A DNA stretch of 27,080 nt, taken from assembly GCA_016931665.1 (NCBI GenBank), contig JAFGEH010000139.1, forward strand, positions 1 through 27,080, given 5' to 3'. This stretch comes from Candidatus Cloacimonadota bacterium (GTDB lineage Bacteria; Cloacimonadota; Cloacimonadia; Cloacimonadales; TCS61). Shown in pieces: positions 7,910 through 16,966 of the stretch. The number at the start of each line of letters is the position of its first letter. The first letter of the stretch is position 1. The position numbers were made by a program, and so were the translations under genes. The notes under the pieces are model-generated. The model ran no database searches. It was not told the origin of the DNA and saw nothing but the letters and a program-made list of their open reading frames with translations.

Positions 7910-8854
7910 ATGATAAAAAAGAAATTTGATCCGGGACCCTATTTATATCTCCTGCCAGCTTTAATTATCATTATTGTCTTCCGGTTGATACCCATCGTAC
8001 TTTCCTTCATTGTCAGTTTCTTCAACTGGTCCGTAACAGGAGTAGGGAGTTTCATCGGTTTTGCCAATTACTCCCGCCTTCTGCATGATCCGGAATTCTG
8101 GCAATCTATGCTGAATACTTTCTATCTGGTTATCTTTGTCGTACCCGTCAGCCTGATCCTGTCCCTGGTTTTTGCTGTTCTGCTAAACCATATCAAAGCT
8201 TTGCGCGGTTTTTTTCGTTCTCTCTATTTCATTCCCACTGTTACTTCCATGGTGGCAATTTCCATAGTCTGGAAATTAATTTTTAATCAGCAGACAGGTT
8301 TAATGAACTTCCTTCTGGCCAAGATAGGAATTGAACCGCTGGGCTGGTTATCGGAAAGTCGCGGGATATTCCAGTTACTGTTAGCAAATCTGGGTATAGA
8401 CCTTCCTGCCTGGCTGGGAGGCCCTTCGCTGGCTCTTTTCTCTATAATAATCGTAACCATCTGGAAAGGACTCGGCTACAATACTATCATCTACCTGGCA
8501 GGATTGCAGAATATTCCTGAGGTTTATTACGAAGCGGCCGATATCGATGGCGCCGGCAGAATCAAGCAATTCTTCAAGATAACCTGGCCCCTGATCTCTC
8601 CTACCACTTATTATGTGATGATGATGACCACCATCGTTACTTTCCAGGTTTTCTCCCAGATCTATCTGATGACAGGCCCCCCTATTGGCGGCCCACTCGG
8701 TACAACCAAGGTAATCGTTTATTTCCTCTTTGAAAAAGGCTTCGGGGAAGGAAATGACCTTAGTTATGCCAGTGCTGTAGCTCTTGTCCTTTTTGCCGTT
8801 ATTCTTACTCTTACTCTGCTCCAGAAAAAACTGGAAAAGAAAGTACATTACTAA
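7910..8854 (+). CDS. Carbohydrate ABC transporter permease (CUT1, MalF/UgpA-like)
   Basis: YLYLLPA, GFANYSRLL, and EAA loop IYLAGLQNIPEVYYEAADIDGA…ITWPLISP. Confidence 0.93.
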   Translation: MIKKKFDPGPYLYLLPALIIIIVFRLIPIVLSFIVSFFNWSVTGVGSFIGFANYSRLLHDPEFWQSMLNTFYLVIFVVPVSLILSLVFAVLLNHIKALRGFFRSLYFIPTVTSMVAISIVWKLIFNQQTGLMNFLLAKIGIEPLGWLSESRGIFQLLLANLGIDLPAWLGGPSLALFSIIIVTIWKGLGYNTIIYLAGLQNIPEVYYEAADIDGAGRIKQFFKITWPLISPTTYYVMMMTTIVTFQVFSQIYLMTGPPIGGPLGTTKVIVYFLFEKGFGEGNDLSYASAVALVLFAVILTLTLLQKKLEKKVHY

Positions 8855-8868
8855 CCAGCGGAACTGCC

Positions 8869-9846
8869 ATGCACTATAAAAAAACATTCACCTACTTCTT
8901 ACTTTTTCTTTGCGGCATCGTTATGATTGTACCCTTTCTCTGGATGGTAACCACTTCTATGAAATCCCAGATGGAGGTAAACAAGGGGAATCTGGGGTTT
9001 CTGCCTTACGAGCGTTATCCGGTCTTTGCAGAAAATGGCAATGAATATCGTATTAAAATAGTCTTAACTGAAGCAGACAGCTCGTATGTTAACGTTTTCG
9101 ATGAAAACGGTAAAATAGTCCGGTCCTATCTGAAGATTCCCAATAAAGTTATTAAGGATAAGAAACATATCAGGTTTCATATTGATAATTTTGTTACTGC
9201 TTTCAACAAGGTCCCTTTTGGCCTCTATTTCAAGAACACATTGATCGTTTCCTTTTCTGTTGTTCTGGGAGTTATTATCACCAGTTCATTGGCTGCTTAT
9301 GCTTTTGCCAGGATGCGTTTTCGGGGGCGTGAATTCCTTTTCTATCTGTTTATCAGCATGATGATGGTTCCCCAGCCGGTGTACCTTATCCCATCCTATA
9401 TTGTATTGAACCAGCTTAACTGGCTAAATACCTATCAGGCTCTGATTATCCCCTGGCTGGCCAATATTTTTACCATATTCCTTTTAAGACAGCAGTTCAA
9501 GACTATCCCTCAGGAACTTTTCGATGCTGCTTCCATCGATGGTTGTTCACGCTGGGGAATCCTCTGGAAAATTGTCCTGCCTCTTTCGAAATCAGTTATC
9601 GCCACCTCGGCCATTTTTGGCTTCATTGGTAGCTGGAACAGTTTTATGTGGCCATTGGTGATGATTGACGATCCCAAATTGCGGGTGCTGCAGGTAGGGC
9701 TTAGTTATTTTTCCCAGGAAGCTTCAACTCAGACAACCCTGCTCATGGCTGCCTCCACTTTCAGTATTCTGCCCCTGATCATCCTTTTCCTGTTGGCTCA
9801 AAGACAGATCATCTCCAGTTTTGCTTCCAGTGGCCTGAAGGGTTAA
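8869..9846 (+). CDS. Carbohydrate ABC transporter permease (CUT1, MalG/UgpE-like) with an enlarged first extracytoplasmic loop
   Basis: PFLWMVTTSMK, YFKNTLIV, AAYAFAR, EAA loop ELFDAASIDG…IVLPLS, and WNSFMWPL. Confidence 0.93.
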   Translation: MHYKKTFTYFLLFLCGIVMIVPFLWMVTTSMKSQMEVNKGNLGFLPYERYPVFAENGNEYRIKIVLTEADSSYVNVFDENGKIVRSYLKIPNKVIKDKKHIRFHIDNFVTAFNKVPFGLYFKNTLIVSFSVVLGVIITSSLAAYAFARMRFRGREFLFYLFISMMMVPQPVYLIPSYIVLNQLNWLNTYQALIIPWLANIFTIFLLRQQFKTIPQELFDAASIDGCSRWGILWKIVLPLSKSVIATSAIFGFIGSWNSFMWPLVMIDDPKLRVLQVGLSYFSQEASTQTTLLMAASTFSILPLIILFLLAQRQIISSFASSGLKG

Positions 9847-9879
9847 TATTGATTTATCTTCTTTATAAAGGAGGAGAAC

Positions 9880-10347
9880 ATGCCGCTCAATCTAAAAGAT
9901 AAGGTCCCTGATTTTCACCTCCAGGATCAGCATAATAAGGAATTCAGGCTTTCCGATTTTAAAGGCCAGAAAGTACTGCTGTCCTTTCATCCCCTGGCCT
10001 GGACTTCGGTCTGCAAGAAACAGATGAAAGCTCTGGAAAATAACTTCGATAAATTCACAGATATGAATACCGTCCCGGTTGGATTAAGTGTCGACCATGT
10101 CCCTACCAAGCATGCCTGGTCTAAAAACATGGGACTGAAACAATTAAGAATTCTGGCAGATTTCTGGCCTCATGGACAAGTTGCCAGGAATTTTGATATC
10201 TTCCGCGAGGTAGAAGGATTCTCCGAGAGAGCGAATGTCATAATTGACGAGAATGGTAATATCGAATTCATAAAAATCTATAATCTCCCTGAATTGCCTG
10301 ACCTGAAAGAAATCCTGGAATATCTTAATAAATCATCACAAGGATAA
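9880..10347 (+). CDS. Peroxiredoxin (AhpC/TSA family, AhpE-like)
   Basis: PxxxTxxC motif HPLAWTSVC, LSVDH, LADFWPHG and ERANVIID; strong AGGAGG SD. Confidence 0.9.
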   Translation: MPLNLKDKVPDFHLQDQHNKEFRLSDFKGQKVLLSFHPLAWTSVCKKQMKALENNFDKFTDMNTVPVGLSVDHVPTKHAWSKNMGLKQLRILADFWPHGQVARNFDIFREVEGFSERANVIIDENGNIEFIKIYNLPELPDLKEILEYLNKSSQG

Positions 10348-10349
10348 TT

Positions 10350-10796
10350 TTACCTTAGAAAATAACCGACAATAGCATAACGGAATATCCGCAGGGAAAA
10401 CACTATAACAATATATGAAACCAGTTTAAATCTAAAGATTCCCGCAGCAATAGTGATCGGATCACCAAAGATTGGTGTCCAGGAAAGCCAGAGACTGTAT
10501 AGCCCATACTTTTCAACCCAGTGCAGAGCTTTTCTACCCCCCCTGGATGATTGCAGTCTGGGCAGTAGCGGTTTACCTATAAGCGCTCCCATTCCGTAAT
10601 TCAAACTCACTGCCAGACAATTACCAATCGAACAGGCTGTAACAGCTTCCAGCCAGTTCAAACCCAGCAGAATACTGGTTACCATGGCAATTTCTGAACT
10701 GAGGGGAAATATTGTTGCCGCTATAAATGAAATCAGAATCAAGGCCCAAAAGCCATATTGCTGCAGCAATTCAAACATCCAGGGAGACAATTCCAT
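10350..10796 (-). CDS. YqaA/DedA-family (SNARE-associated, VTT) membrane protein
   Basis: SFIAATIFPLSSE, GNCLAVSLNY and LWLSWTPIFGDPITIAAG. Confidence 0.88.
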   Translation of the reverse strand: MELSPWMFELLQQYGFWALILISFIAATIFPLSSEIAMVTSILLGLNWLEAVTACSIGNCLAVSLNYGMGALIGKPLLPRLQSSRGGRKALHWVEKYGLYSLWLSWTPIFGDPITIAAGIFRFKLVSYIVIVFSLRIFRYAIVGYFLR

Positions 10797-10804
10797 GCTC
10801 TTGT

Positions 10805-11902
10805 TCAGATACTGGTCAGTTTATTTATTTCGTGTTGATCTCTAGGAAAAATCTCAAGTTGAATTCCCAAATCACCCAGAGATTCCTCTAGTAATTCTAG
10901 CACAGGATATTCTGTATGGAAATGACCGGCATCAATTAAGGGTATCCTGGAATCAAGTATCGTGTGATAAGTGAAATCTGCCGAAACAAAGACATCGGCC
11001 CGGCCCGCAACCATGGACAGCAGAGAGCTGCCACTACCCCCGCAGACTGCTACTTTCTGGATGAATTTGTTCATATCTTCCTGGCCCGGCCACAGCTTTA
11101 TCTGAGAAGAGGATAACTTCACTTTCACATCTTGAGCAAAATCCAGCAATTTACGGGCAACGGGCAGCTTTCCTATTAGTCCCAGCCCATAATTATCGCT
11201 GGCTCTCTGCTGTGGAATAACGGTATAGACGGGCTGTTCATAAGGATGATTTTCTTTTAATGCCCTGATTGCTGCAGATAAATTAAAGGAATCCACAAAG
11301 AATTCTAATTTAAGCTCAGAAACTTTCTGAACCTCGCCCTTAATCCCGATAACAGGTTTGCTCTCTGATTGTGAAATAAACTGGCCTGCAACAGGATAGT
11401 AACTCATACAGCTCTTATAATTGCCGATTTCCCCCGCACCGGCTCGGAATATGGCCTTGGATACAGCATCCGACGCCGCTGGGGGAACATAGACCGAAAG
11501 TTGATATAGCTGTGCGCCTGTCTCCCCGCTCAGAAATTCCAGATCTTGAAGCCCCAACCGCCGAGCCAGAGCGTGATTTACTCCTTGCTTGGCAGAATCC
11601 ACATTCGTGTGAAGGGTAAAAACGGCGATATTTTCTCTGATCAAACGTAAAAGGCGCGTATCAGTAATACTTTTTAGAGGTCGAAAGATCAACGGATGAT
11701 GAGAAATTATTAAATCCGACTTCTGCCTGATAGCATATTCAATCGCTTTTTCCGTTACATCCAATGTTAGCAGGATCCGGCTGATTTCCTGCTGCATTTC
11801 CCCCAGTTGCAGTCCAACATTATCCCATTCTGCCGACAGGCCGGGAGGAGCCAGCTTGTTCAAATGATCTGCAATTTTATGTAATTGAATTTTTTCTGAC
11901 AT
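10805..11902 (-). CDS. Nif3-like dinuclear metal-centre protein with a PII-like insert
   Basis: EWDNVGLQLG, LLTLDVT, ISHHPLIF, LHTNVD, GAGEIGNY, HPYEQP, AVCGGSG and DAGHFHTE. Confidence 0.95.
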   Translation of the reverse strand: MSEKIQLHKIADHLNKLAPPGLSAEWDNVGLQLGEMQQEISRILLTLDVTEKAIEYAIRQKSDLIISHHPLIFRPLKSITDTRLLRLIRENIAVFTLHTNVDSAKQGVNHALARRLGLQDLEFLSGETGAQLYQLSVYVPPAASDAVSKAIFRAGAGEIGNYKSCMSYYPVAGQFISQSESKPVIGIKGEVQKVSELKLEFFVDSFNLSAAIRALKENHPYEQPVYTVIPQQRASDNYGLGLIGKLPVARKLLDFAQDVKVKLSSSQIKLWPGQEDMNKFIQKVAVCGGSGSSLLSMVAGRADVFVSADFTYHTILDSRIPLIDAGHFHTEYPVLELLEESLGDLGIQLEIFPRDQHEINKLTSI

Positions 11903-11903
11903 A

Positions 11904-12515
11904 TTATTCTTCCCTCTCCATGAGTTCGCTTATCTCAGAAACAGCAAAACCCTTCCGGTACAAATAACTCAGAATTTTCTTTTTGTCTTCAGCCGGATTC
12001 CCGGATCTGTACTTCTGTTTTGCTTTCTCCAGGGCTTGTTTCAGCAAATTTCTGCTCTGTTCCAGTGTATAAAGCCGATCCAGAATAATACTGGCTAAAT
12101 TTTTATCTATACCCTTCTGAAAGATTTTCCCCCTGATTTCTGATTTGCTTTTACCCCGCTCCATCATCTCGGAGATCAGGATTTCTGTACATCTTTCATC
12201 ATCCAGATAATGCAGTTCCTCAGCTTTGATGACGATATCGGTTGCCACCGTATCTGCTAAAGGTAAGTTTTTTAAGAATCTCAAAACCTCAGATCTCGAC
12301 CTTTCCCGATAAGCTAGAAATTGTAATAACCTTTGCCAGGCATATTTCTTAACTTCCTTTTCAAGGTTGTCTGCTACTTCCGCCTCGAGTTGAACTTCCT
12401 GTCCCGGTCTCAGAGAAAAAAAATGGAGGATCTTATCAGGTAAAATCCCCCATACTCGATCTTCTTTCAGGATCAGGCTGGTAGTCTTATTCCTGCTGCT
12501 GATCTGAACTTTCAT
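11904..12515 (-). CDS. recX: RecX regulatory protein
   Basis: [23 protein letters not shown]-like IFQKGI and [11 protein letters not shown]; directly downstream of recA. Start placed at ATG 12515 (GGAGG SD). Confidence 0.85.
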   Translation of the reverse strand: MKVQISSRNKTTSLILKEDRVWGILPDKILHFFSLRPGQEVQLEAEVADNLEKEVKKYAWQRLLQFLAYRERSRSEVLRFLKNLPLADTVATDIVIKAEELHYLDDERCTEILISEMMERGKSKSEIRGKIFQKGIDKNLASIILDRLYTLEQSRNLLKQALEKAKQKYRSGNPAEDKKKILSYLYRKGFAVSEISELMEREE

Positions 12516-13527
12516 TTTCCTCCGGATGCATACCCAGAACCTTGCGTACCTGACCTTCAATTTCTTCCAGAGTTTCCGGATTTTCTTTCAGAAATTCCTT
12601 AACCCGATCCGTGCCCTGCCCAATCTTAACCTCACCATACGCATACCAGGAACCACTCTTTTTAACAATATCATGTGTGGTAGCAAGTTCGATCAGAATA
12701 TCCAGTCCGGAAATACCCTCTCCGAAAATTATCGGAAATTCCACATCCTTAAAGGGAGGTGCAAATTTGTTCTTAACTATTTTAACTCTCGTTTTATTGC
12801 CTACGATATCAGCATCAGAACCGACTTTCTTGATTGAACCGATCCTTCTTACTTCCATTCGGATGGAAGCATAAAACTTCAGGGCAACTCCTCCGGTGGT
12901 GGTTTCGGGGTTGACATAAGCCGGAACTCCAATCTTCATCCTAGTCTGATTAATGAAAATCACTGCCGTATTGGATTTGTTGATTATACTCGTTAATTTA
13001 CGCAGAGCCTGGGACATCAGCCTTGCCTGTAATCCCACATGCGAATCCCCCATGCTCCCTTCAATCTCCGCTTTCGGAACCAAGGCTGCCACAGAATCAA
13101 TGATAATAAGATCGATAGCATTACTACGAACCAGTGTTTCAACAATCTCCAGAGCCTGTTCGCCTCCATCCGGCTGAGAAAGTAACAGGTTATCGGTATC
13201 GACTCCAATCTGGGAGGCATAGGTGGGATCAAGAGCATGTTCGGCATCAACAAAGGCTACCACACCCTCTTTTTTCTGAGCTTCGGCAGCTATGTGAAGT
13301 GCCAGGGTGGTCTTACCGGAAGCCTCTGCGCCATATATCTCCGTGACTCTGCCCCGCGGTATCCCGCCGATCCCCAGAGCCGCATCCAGATTGATCGCTC
13401 CTGTGGATATCGAGCTTACTTTCACCCGCGGTTTGTCACCTAGACGCATGACTGTTCCCACTCCGAATTGTTTGTCAAGCTGTCCGATCGCTGTTCTCAA
13501 CGCTGTCTGTTTGTCTTTAACTGCCAT
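12487..13527 (-). CDS. recA: Recombinase RecA
   Basis: [62 protein letters not shown] and FINQ. Confidence 0.99.
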   Translation of the reverse strand: MAVKDKQTALRTAIGQLDKQFGVGTVMRLGDKPRVKVSSISTGAINLDAALGIGGIPRGRVTEIYGAEASGKTTLALHIAAEAQKKEGVVAFVDAEHALDPTYASQIGVDTDNLLLSQPDGGEQALEIVETLVRSNAIDLIIIDSVAALVPKAEIEGSMGDSHVGLQARLMSQALRKLTSIINKSNTAVIFINQTRMKIGVPAYVNPETTTGGVALKFYASIRMEVRRIGSIKKVGSDADIVGNKTRVKIVKNKFAPPFKDVEFPIIFGEGISGLDILIELATTHDIVKKSGSWYAYGEVKIGQGTDRVKEFLKENPETLEEIEGQVRKVLGMHPEENESSDQQQE

Positions 13528-13530
13528 GTT

Positions 13531-14091
13531 CTACTCCTTTTTCAGTTTATATTCAGCAAGTGCTTCATATACTGGGCCCTCCGGACGCAGAATGCTCCGA
13601 TAGAGTGTAATATCCTCAGCTACGAAATCACTCATCTTTAACTCTGTAGTTAATATTTTTTGAACGAAATATTCTGGCAATCTTTTTTTTATTCTGGCCA
13701 GAGTAACATGGTAACTCAAAGGTTTGTTATCCGTAGTATATCCTGATTCATTTAATTTATTCCTGAATTTTTTAACCAGTTTGGCCATATCAGTTTGCTG
13801 ATTTCTATATTTAATCCAGATTATGCGGGGTAACTTACCTGGAATTATATCAATTTTAGCATCTGTTAATTGAACTGATGATTTTCCCTCGATTTCATTT
13901 CCCAGAAAATCAATCAGGTCAGGCAGGTCAGATTCTCTGATATCTCCGGCAAATTGCAATGTTACATGCAGATTCTCAGTTGCAACCCATTTTAAGCCAT
14001 CGACATTGTAATCCCGGAAATAACCCTGCCAGTTGCTTATCTGCTTGCGGACATCAATCGGCAGGTTGAGAGCCAGGAAAGTGCGAATCAA
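13531..14091 (-). CDS. thpR: RNA 2',3'-cyclic phosphodiesterase (2H phosphoesterase, 2'-5' RNA ligase family)
   Basis: Two HxT motifs (NLHVTLQF, YHVTLAR), RTFLAL and LYRSILRPEGPVY. TTG start overlaps the upstream TGA. Confidence 0.92.
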   Translation of the reverse strand: MIRTFLALNLPIDVRKQISNWQGYFRDYNVDGLKWVATENLHVTLQFAGDIRESDLPDLIDFLGNEIEGKSSVQLTDAKIDIIPGKLPRIIWIKYRNQQTDMAKLVKKFRNKLNESGYTTDNKPLSYHVTLARIKKRLPEYFVQKILTTELKMSDFVAEDITLYRSILRPEGPVYEALAEYKLKKE

Positions 14092-14570
14092 CGTTTGTAT
14101 CCAATATCTCGCAGAAATTTTTTGCGGTGAGTAATATCAGTATCCAGCTCAATTCCAAGGGGAGAGCTGCCATCAATTACTCCTAACACCCCCTTGCCCA
14201 GATCTGTTTTAGCTAAGATAACTTCAACCGGATTGGCTGTGGCACAATAAACAGTTGCCACTTCCCGGCAATCCTTAATGGCAGGTAAAACATTGATAGG
14301 AAAAGCATTCCTCAGAACAATAAGAAAAGTGTGTCCAGCTCCCAACCGGTACTGATTCTTTACCGCAATTTCTATCAACTCGCTATCATTGCCTTCCTTG
14401 CGAACCAGGCAGGGACCGGAAGCTTCATTAAATGCTAACCCAAACTTAATCCCGGGAATACTGTTGACCAATAGTTCATAAAGATCCTCAACTGTTTTTA
14501 TGAAATGAGACATCCCGAAGATAATGTTACATCCTTCCGGAAAAATAATTTTTTCTGTAAGAATTTCCAT
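14088..14570 (-). CDS. DUF355 / 'adenosine-specific kinase' family AMP-binding protein
   Basis: NIIFGMSHFIKTVEDLYE, KFGLAFNEASGPCLVR, GAGHTF, FPINVL, CATANPVEV and RKKFLRDIGYKR. Confidence 0.88.
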   Translation of the reverse strand: MEILTEKIIFPEGCNIIFGMSHFIKTVEDLYELLVNSIPGIKFGLAFNEASGPCLVRKEGNDSELIEIAVKNQYRLGAGHTFLIVLRNAFPINVLPAIKDCREVATVYCATANPVEVILAKTDLGKGVLGVIDGSSPLGIELDTDITHRKKFLRDIGYKR

Positions 14571-14605
14571 ATAATACTCCCTTTTTTATGGGTGTTATCT
14601 ATGGT

Positions 14606-14634
14606 AAAATTGAAAATTGTCCGGAAAAAAGCAA
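14606..14634 (-). promoter_or_regulatory. Candidate promoter for the DUF355-thpR-recA operon
   Basis: TTGCTT (14634-14629), 17-nt spacer, AATTTT; GGGAG SD before the ATG at 14570. Confidence 0.35.
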
Positions 14635-14667
14635 TAAAAAAGTTCTGAAACTTGTTCTAAATAATTA

Positions 14668-14856
14668 TCAGGCCTTCTGTACTCTATTTGATCTTAAACA
14701 GGTAGTGCACACCTTCACCCTTTTAACCATGCCATCAATTTCTGCTCTTATCTTCTGCAGATTCGGGTAAAACTTCCTTTTGGTTGCATTCAACGCATGA
14801 CTTCTATTATTACCCACTAAGGGTCTTTTACCGCAAATATCGCATACTCTAGACAT
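14668..14856 (-). CDS. rpmB: 50S ribosomal protein L28 (Cys-containing form)
   Basis: [34 protein letters not shown]…VCTTCLRS. Confidence 0.97.
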   Translation of the reverse strand: MSRVCDICGKRPLVGNNRSHALNATKRKFYPNLQKIRAEIDGMVKRVKVCTTCLRSNRVQKA

Positions 14857-15006
14857 TCTTTCACCTTCCTTTGCTGAACTGACGCAAAAAAATTACCAAC
14901 TGTTTATCTGGCAAGAATTTTTATTAATATAAATGTTTTTTAAAAAAAACGCTGGTAACTATTATTTCCTGGTCTTATCTTTTACAGGAAAGGATAAAGT
15001 GTAATT

Positions 15007-15555
15007 ATGAATCGTTGCAGTTTTGAAGCAATACTGAAGAATGAAGGGAATAAGATATTCAATTATCTTATGAAAATCCTGCGTCATAGCGAAGACGCGG
15101 AAGACATAATGCAGGATGTATTTATTAGTTTTTACAAAAAAATGGATACCGTAAATGAAAAAGCCTTCCTCACTTACCTCTATCGCACTGCCAGGAATAA
15201 AGCACTTAATCTTATCAAATCCCGGCAGAGGAAATATAAATTGAACAAGACTATGCAGTGGGAGGCTGAACAGGTTACAGATCACGAAAATGTAATTACT
15301 GAAAGGAAATCACAGATCCTTGCCCATGCTCTGAGTAAACTGAAGCCTGAAGAATATATCTTGCTTGATATGCAGTATAATGACAGGAAATCTTATAGGA
15401 TAATCGCTGAAGAATTAAACACTACCATTCCTGCTGTAGAATCGAAACTGGTTAGAATAAAAAAGAAGCTGCGTAAAATAATTCTGCAGGATTCCTTGAA
15501 CCAGGATGTCCTGAATTATAAAGGAGAAAATGATGAAGTCCAGGACACGCTGTAA
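15007..15555 (+). CDS. ECF (sigma-70 family, group 4) RNA polymerase sigma factor
   Basis: Region 2 DAEDIMQDVF…LYRTARNKALN; region 4 LSKL…SYRIIAEELNTTIPAVESKLVRIKKKLR. Confidence 0.92.
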   Translation: MNRCSFEAILKNEGNKIFNYLMKILRHSEDAEDIMQDVFISFYKKMDTVNEKAFLTYLYRTARNKALNLIKSRQRKYKLNKTMQWEAEQVTDHENVITERKSQILAHALSKLKPEEYILLDMQYNDRKSYRIIAEELNTTIPAVESKLVRIKKKLRKIILQDSLNQDVLNYKGENDEVQDTL

Positions 15556-15940
15556 ATTATCAGACCGGCTTAATGCCTATGTGGATAATGAACTTAAGCC
15601 AGACGAAAAGGTCATGATCAGTAATCATCTGCAGGGATGTCTTTTGTGTCGGCAAGAACTGCAGAATATCATTTCCCTGAATGAATTAATTTCCTCGCAG
15701 TCAGAAGTTACAACCCCGGGTTATCTTAATCAGAAAATCATGGCCCGGGTAACCTCTCTTTCTGCCACCAGAATCCAATTGATGAATAATCTGAGGAAAC
15801 TTACCCTTGCTGCCAGCCTGGCTGTCTCGATATGCCTAGGTCTGCTGTTCAGTCAATTCCTGGAAAATCAGCAGAGTGATATTGAAGAATGGGCCTTGGG
15901 GTATGATTCATTCTATTCATATTTCGAAGGGGGGTATTAA
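15530..15940 (+). CDS. Zinc-binding (ZAS/zf-HC2) single-TM anti-sigma factor
   Basis: LNAYVDNEL…HLQGCLLC (HxxxCxxC) and a TM segment LTLAASLAVSICLGLLF. Overlaps the sigma gene; the second ATG at 15533 is also possible. Confidence 0.9.
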   Translation: MMKSRTRCKLSDRLNAYVDNELKPDEKVMISNHLQGCLLCRQELQNIISLNELISSQSEVTTPGYLNQKIMARVTSLSATRIQLMNNLRKLTLAASLAVSICLGLLFSQFLENQQSDIEEWALGYDSFYSYFEGGY

Positions 15941-16395
15941 TGTCTAACAGAACTTTAACCATACTTGTTCTCATTTCTCTGGCCTTCAACCTGGCCTTTA
16001 TGGGGGGAGCTGTATATCTCCGGCTGAAAGCTGGAAGTCGGCTTCATCGGATCACTGATTTCAGAGAAAATCATCCTGAATTCAGGGCTTTTATCCAGGG
16101 CAGCCGGCAGGAAATAAAAGTATATCGTGATGATTTTGAACACTCGCGTCATGAATTTATTAGATTGCTGTGTCAACCCGAAATTGACGACAGTCTGTTG
16201 ATCCGTACACTTAACCTGACCATAGATAAGCAAAACCTGATGGAAAGAGAACTGGGGATGCTTATGATTGAAATGCGGAAAATGATGACTCATCACCAGG
16301 CATGTTTATTTTTCCGGCATTTGGAAGATAATAGACCCCAATCTCCTTTCCCGTATAGACCTTTTCACGATAAAAATAATCAAAAATTAAATTGA
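15940..16395 (+). CDS. Membrane-anchored periplasmic heavy-metal-sensor / CpxP-Spy superfamily protein
   Basis: N-terminal LVLISLAFNLAFMGG anchor typical of the family, helical body and MTHHQ at an LTxxQ-like position. TAATG coupling to the anti-sigma. Confidence 0.75.
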   Translation: MSNRTLTILVLISLAFNLAFMGGAVYLRLKAGSRLHRITDFRENHPEFRAFIQGSRQEIKVYRDDFEHSRHEFIRLLCQPEIDDSLLIRTLNLTIDKQNLMERELGMLMIEMRKMMTHHQACLFFRHLEDNRPQSPFPYRPFHDKNNQKLN

Positions 16396-16414
16396 ATTAA
16401 TTTAGGAGGTTAAA

Positions 16415-16906
16415 ATGAAAAAGTATTTGCTGTTAATGCTTGTGATCGTGGGGAGCGTTTCCCTGACAGCTATGGATTGCCATGAAGAAGGGCGAATGGA
16501 TCTGAAAAAAATGCATCACTTTTCTCAGGAGGAATGTAATCAGCCACCCGGAAATCGCCATCAGCAGAGAGAAGATTCCTTCCTCATGCTGCAAGAACTG
16601 GAGTTATCTTCCAATCAGCAGACTGAATTGGAAAATCTGCGCCTGGAAAACCAAAAATCCATGATTCGCGCTGATTCGGAAATCGACATTATGGAAATAG
16701 ACCTTAAAAAAGCCTTCCGAGATCGGGAATTCGACAAAGCAAGAGATATGACCCGAAGAATCGCCGAGAAAAGACTGGAAATGGCTCTGCAGAAGATCTC
16801 ATTCCAGGAACAGAGATGGCAGTTACTTACAACAGAACAGAAGGAAAAATTACTGGAAATGAGAAAACATCACGAATCTCCACGCCTGGAGAAGATGCAT
16901 AAGTAA
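16415..16906 (+). CDS. Secreted Spy/CpxP-family (LTxxQ) protein with His/Met-rich termini
   Basis: Signal peptide; LELSSNQQ and LLTTEQKEKL motifs; MDCHEE…KKMHH and RKHH…KMHK; AGGAGG SD. Confidence 0.82.
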   Translation: MKKYLLLMLVIVGSVSLTAMDCHEEGRMDLKKMHHFSQEECNQPPGNRHQQREDSFLMLQELELSSNQQTELENLRLENQKSMIRADSEIDIMEIDLKKAFRDREFDKARDMTRRIAEKRLEMALQKISFQEQRWQLLTTEQKEKLLEMRKHHESPRLEKMHK

Positions 16907-16928
16907 CTTCTGCCTTAGTTGAACTGAT

Positions 16929-16966
16929 GACCCTGCGATCTTGAAATTGCAGGGTCTTTATTTTTA
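16929..16966 (+). terminator. Rho-independent terminator of the ECF operon
   Basis: GACCCTGCGAT-cttgaa-ATTGCAGGGTC (11 bp including one G·U pair) followed by TTTATTTTT. Confidence 0.85.

Noticed and set aside
12516-12560. Longer RecX start; similarly 24746-24775 for FapA and 25137-25187 for the B12 subunit
   Set aside because: Downstream ATGs have SDs or stop-start coupling, and the extensions overlap other genes or promoters.
15580-15588. Perfect DnaA box TGTGGATAA
   Set aside because: It is a single copy inside the anti-sigma CDS (YVDN codons) with no cluster or unwinding element, so it is not evidence for oriC.
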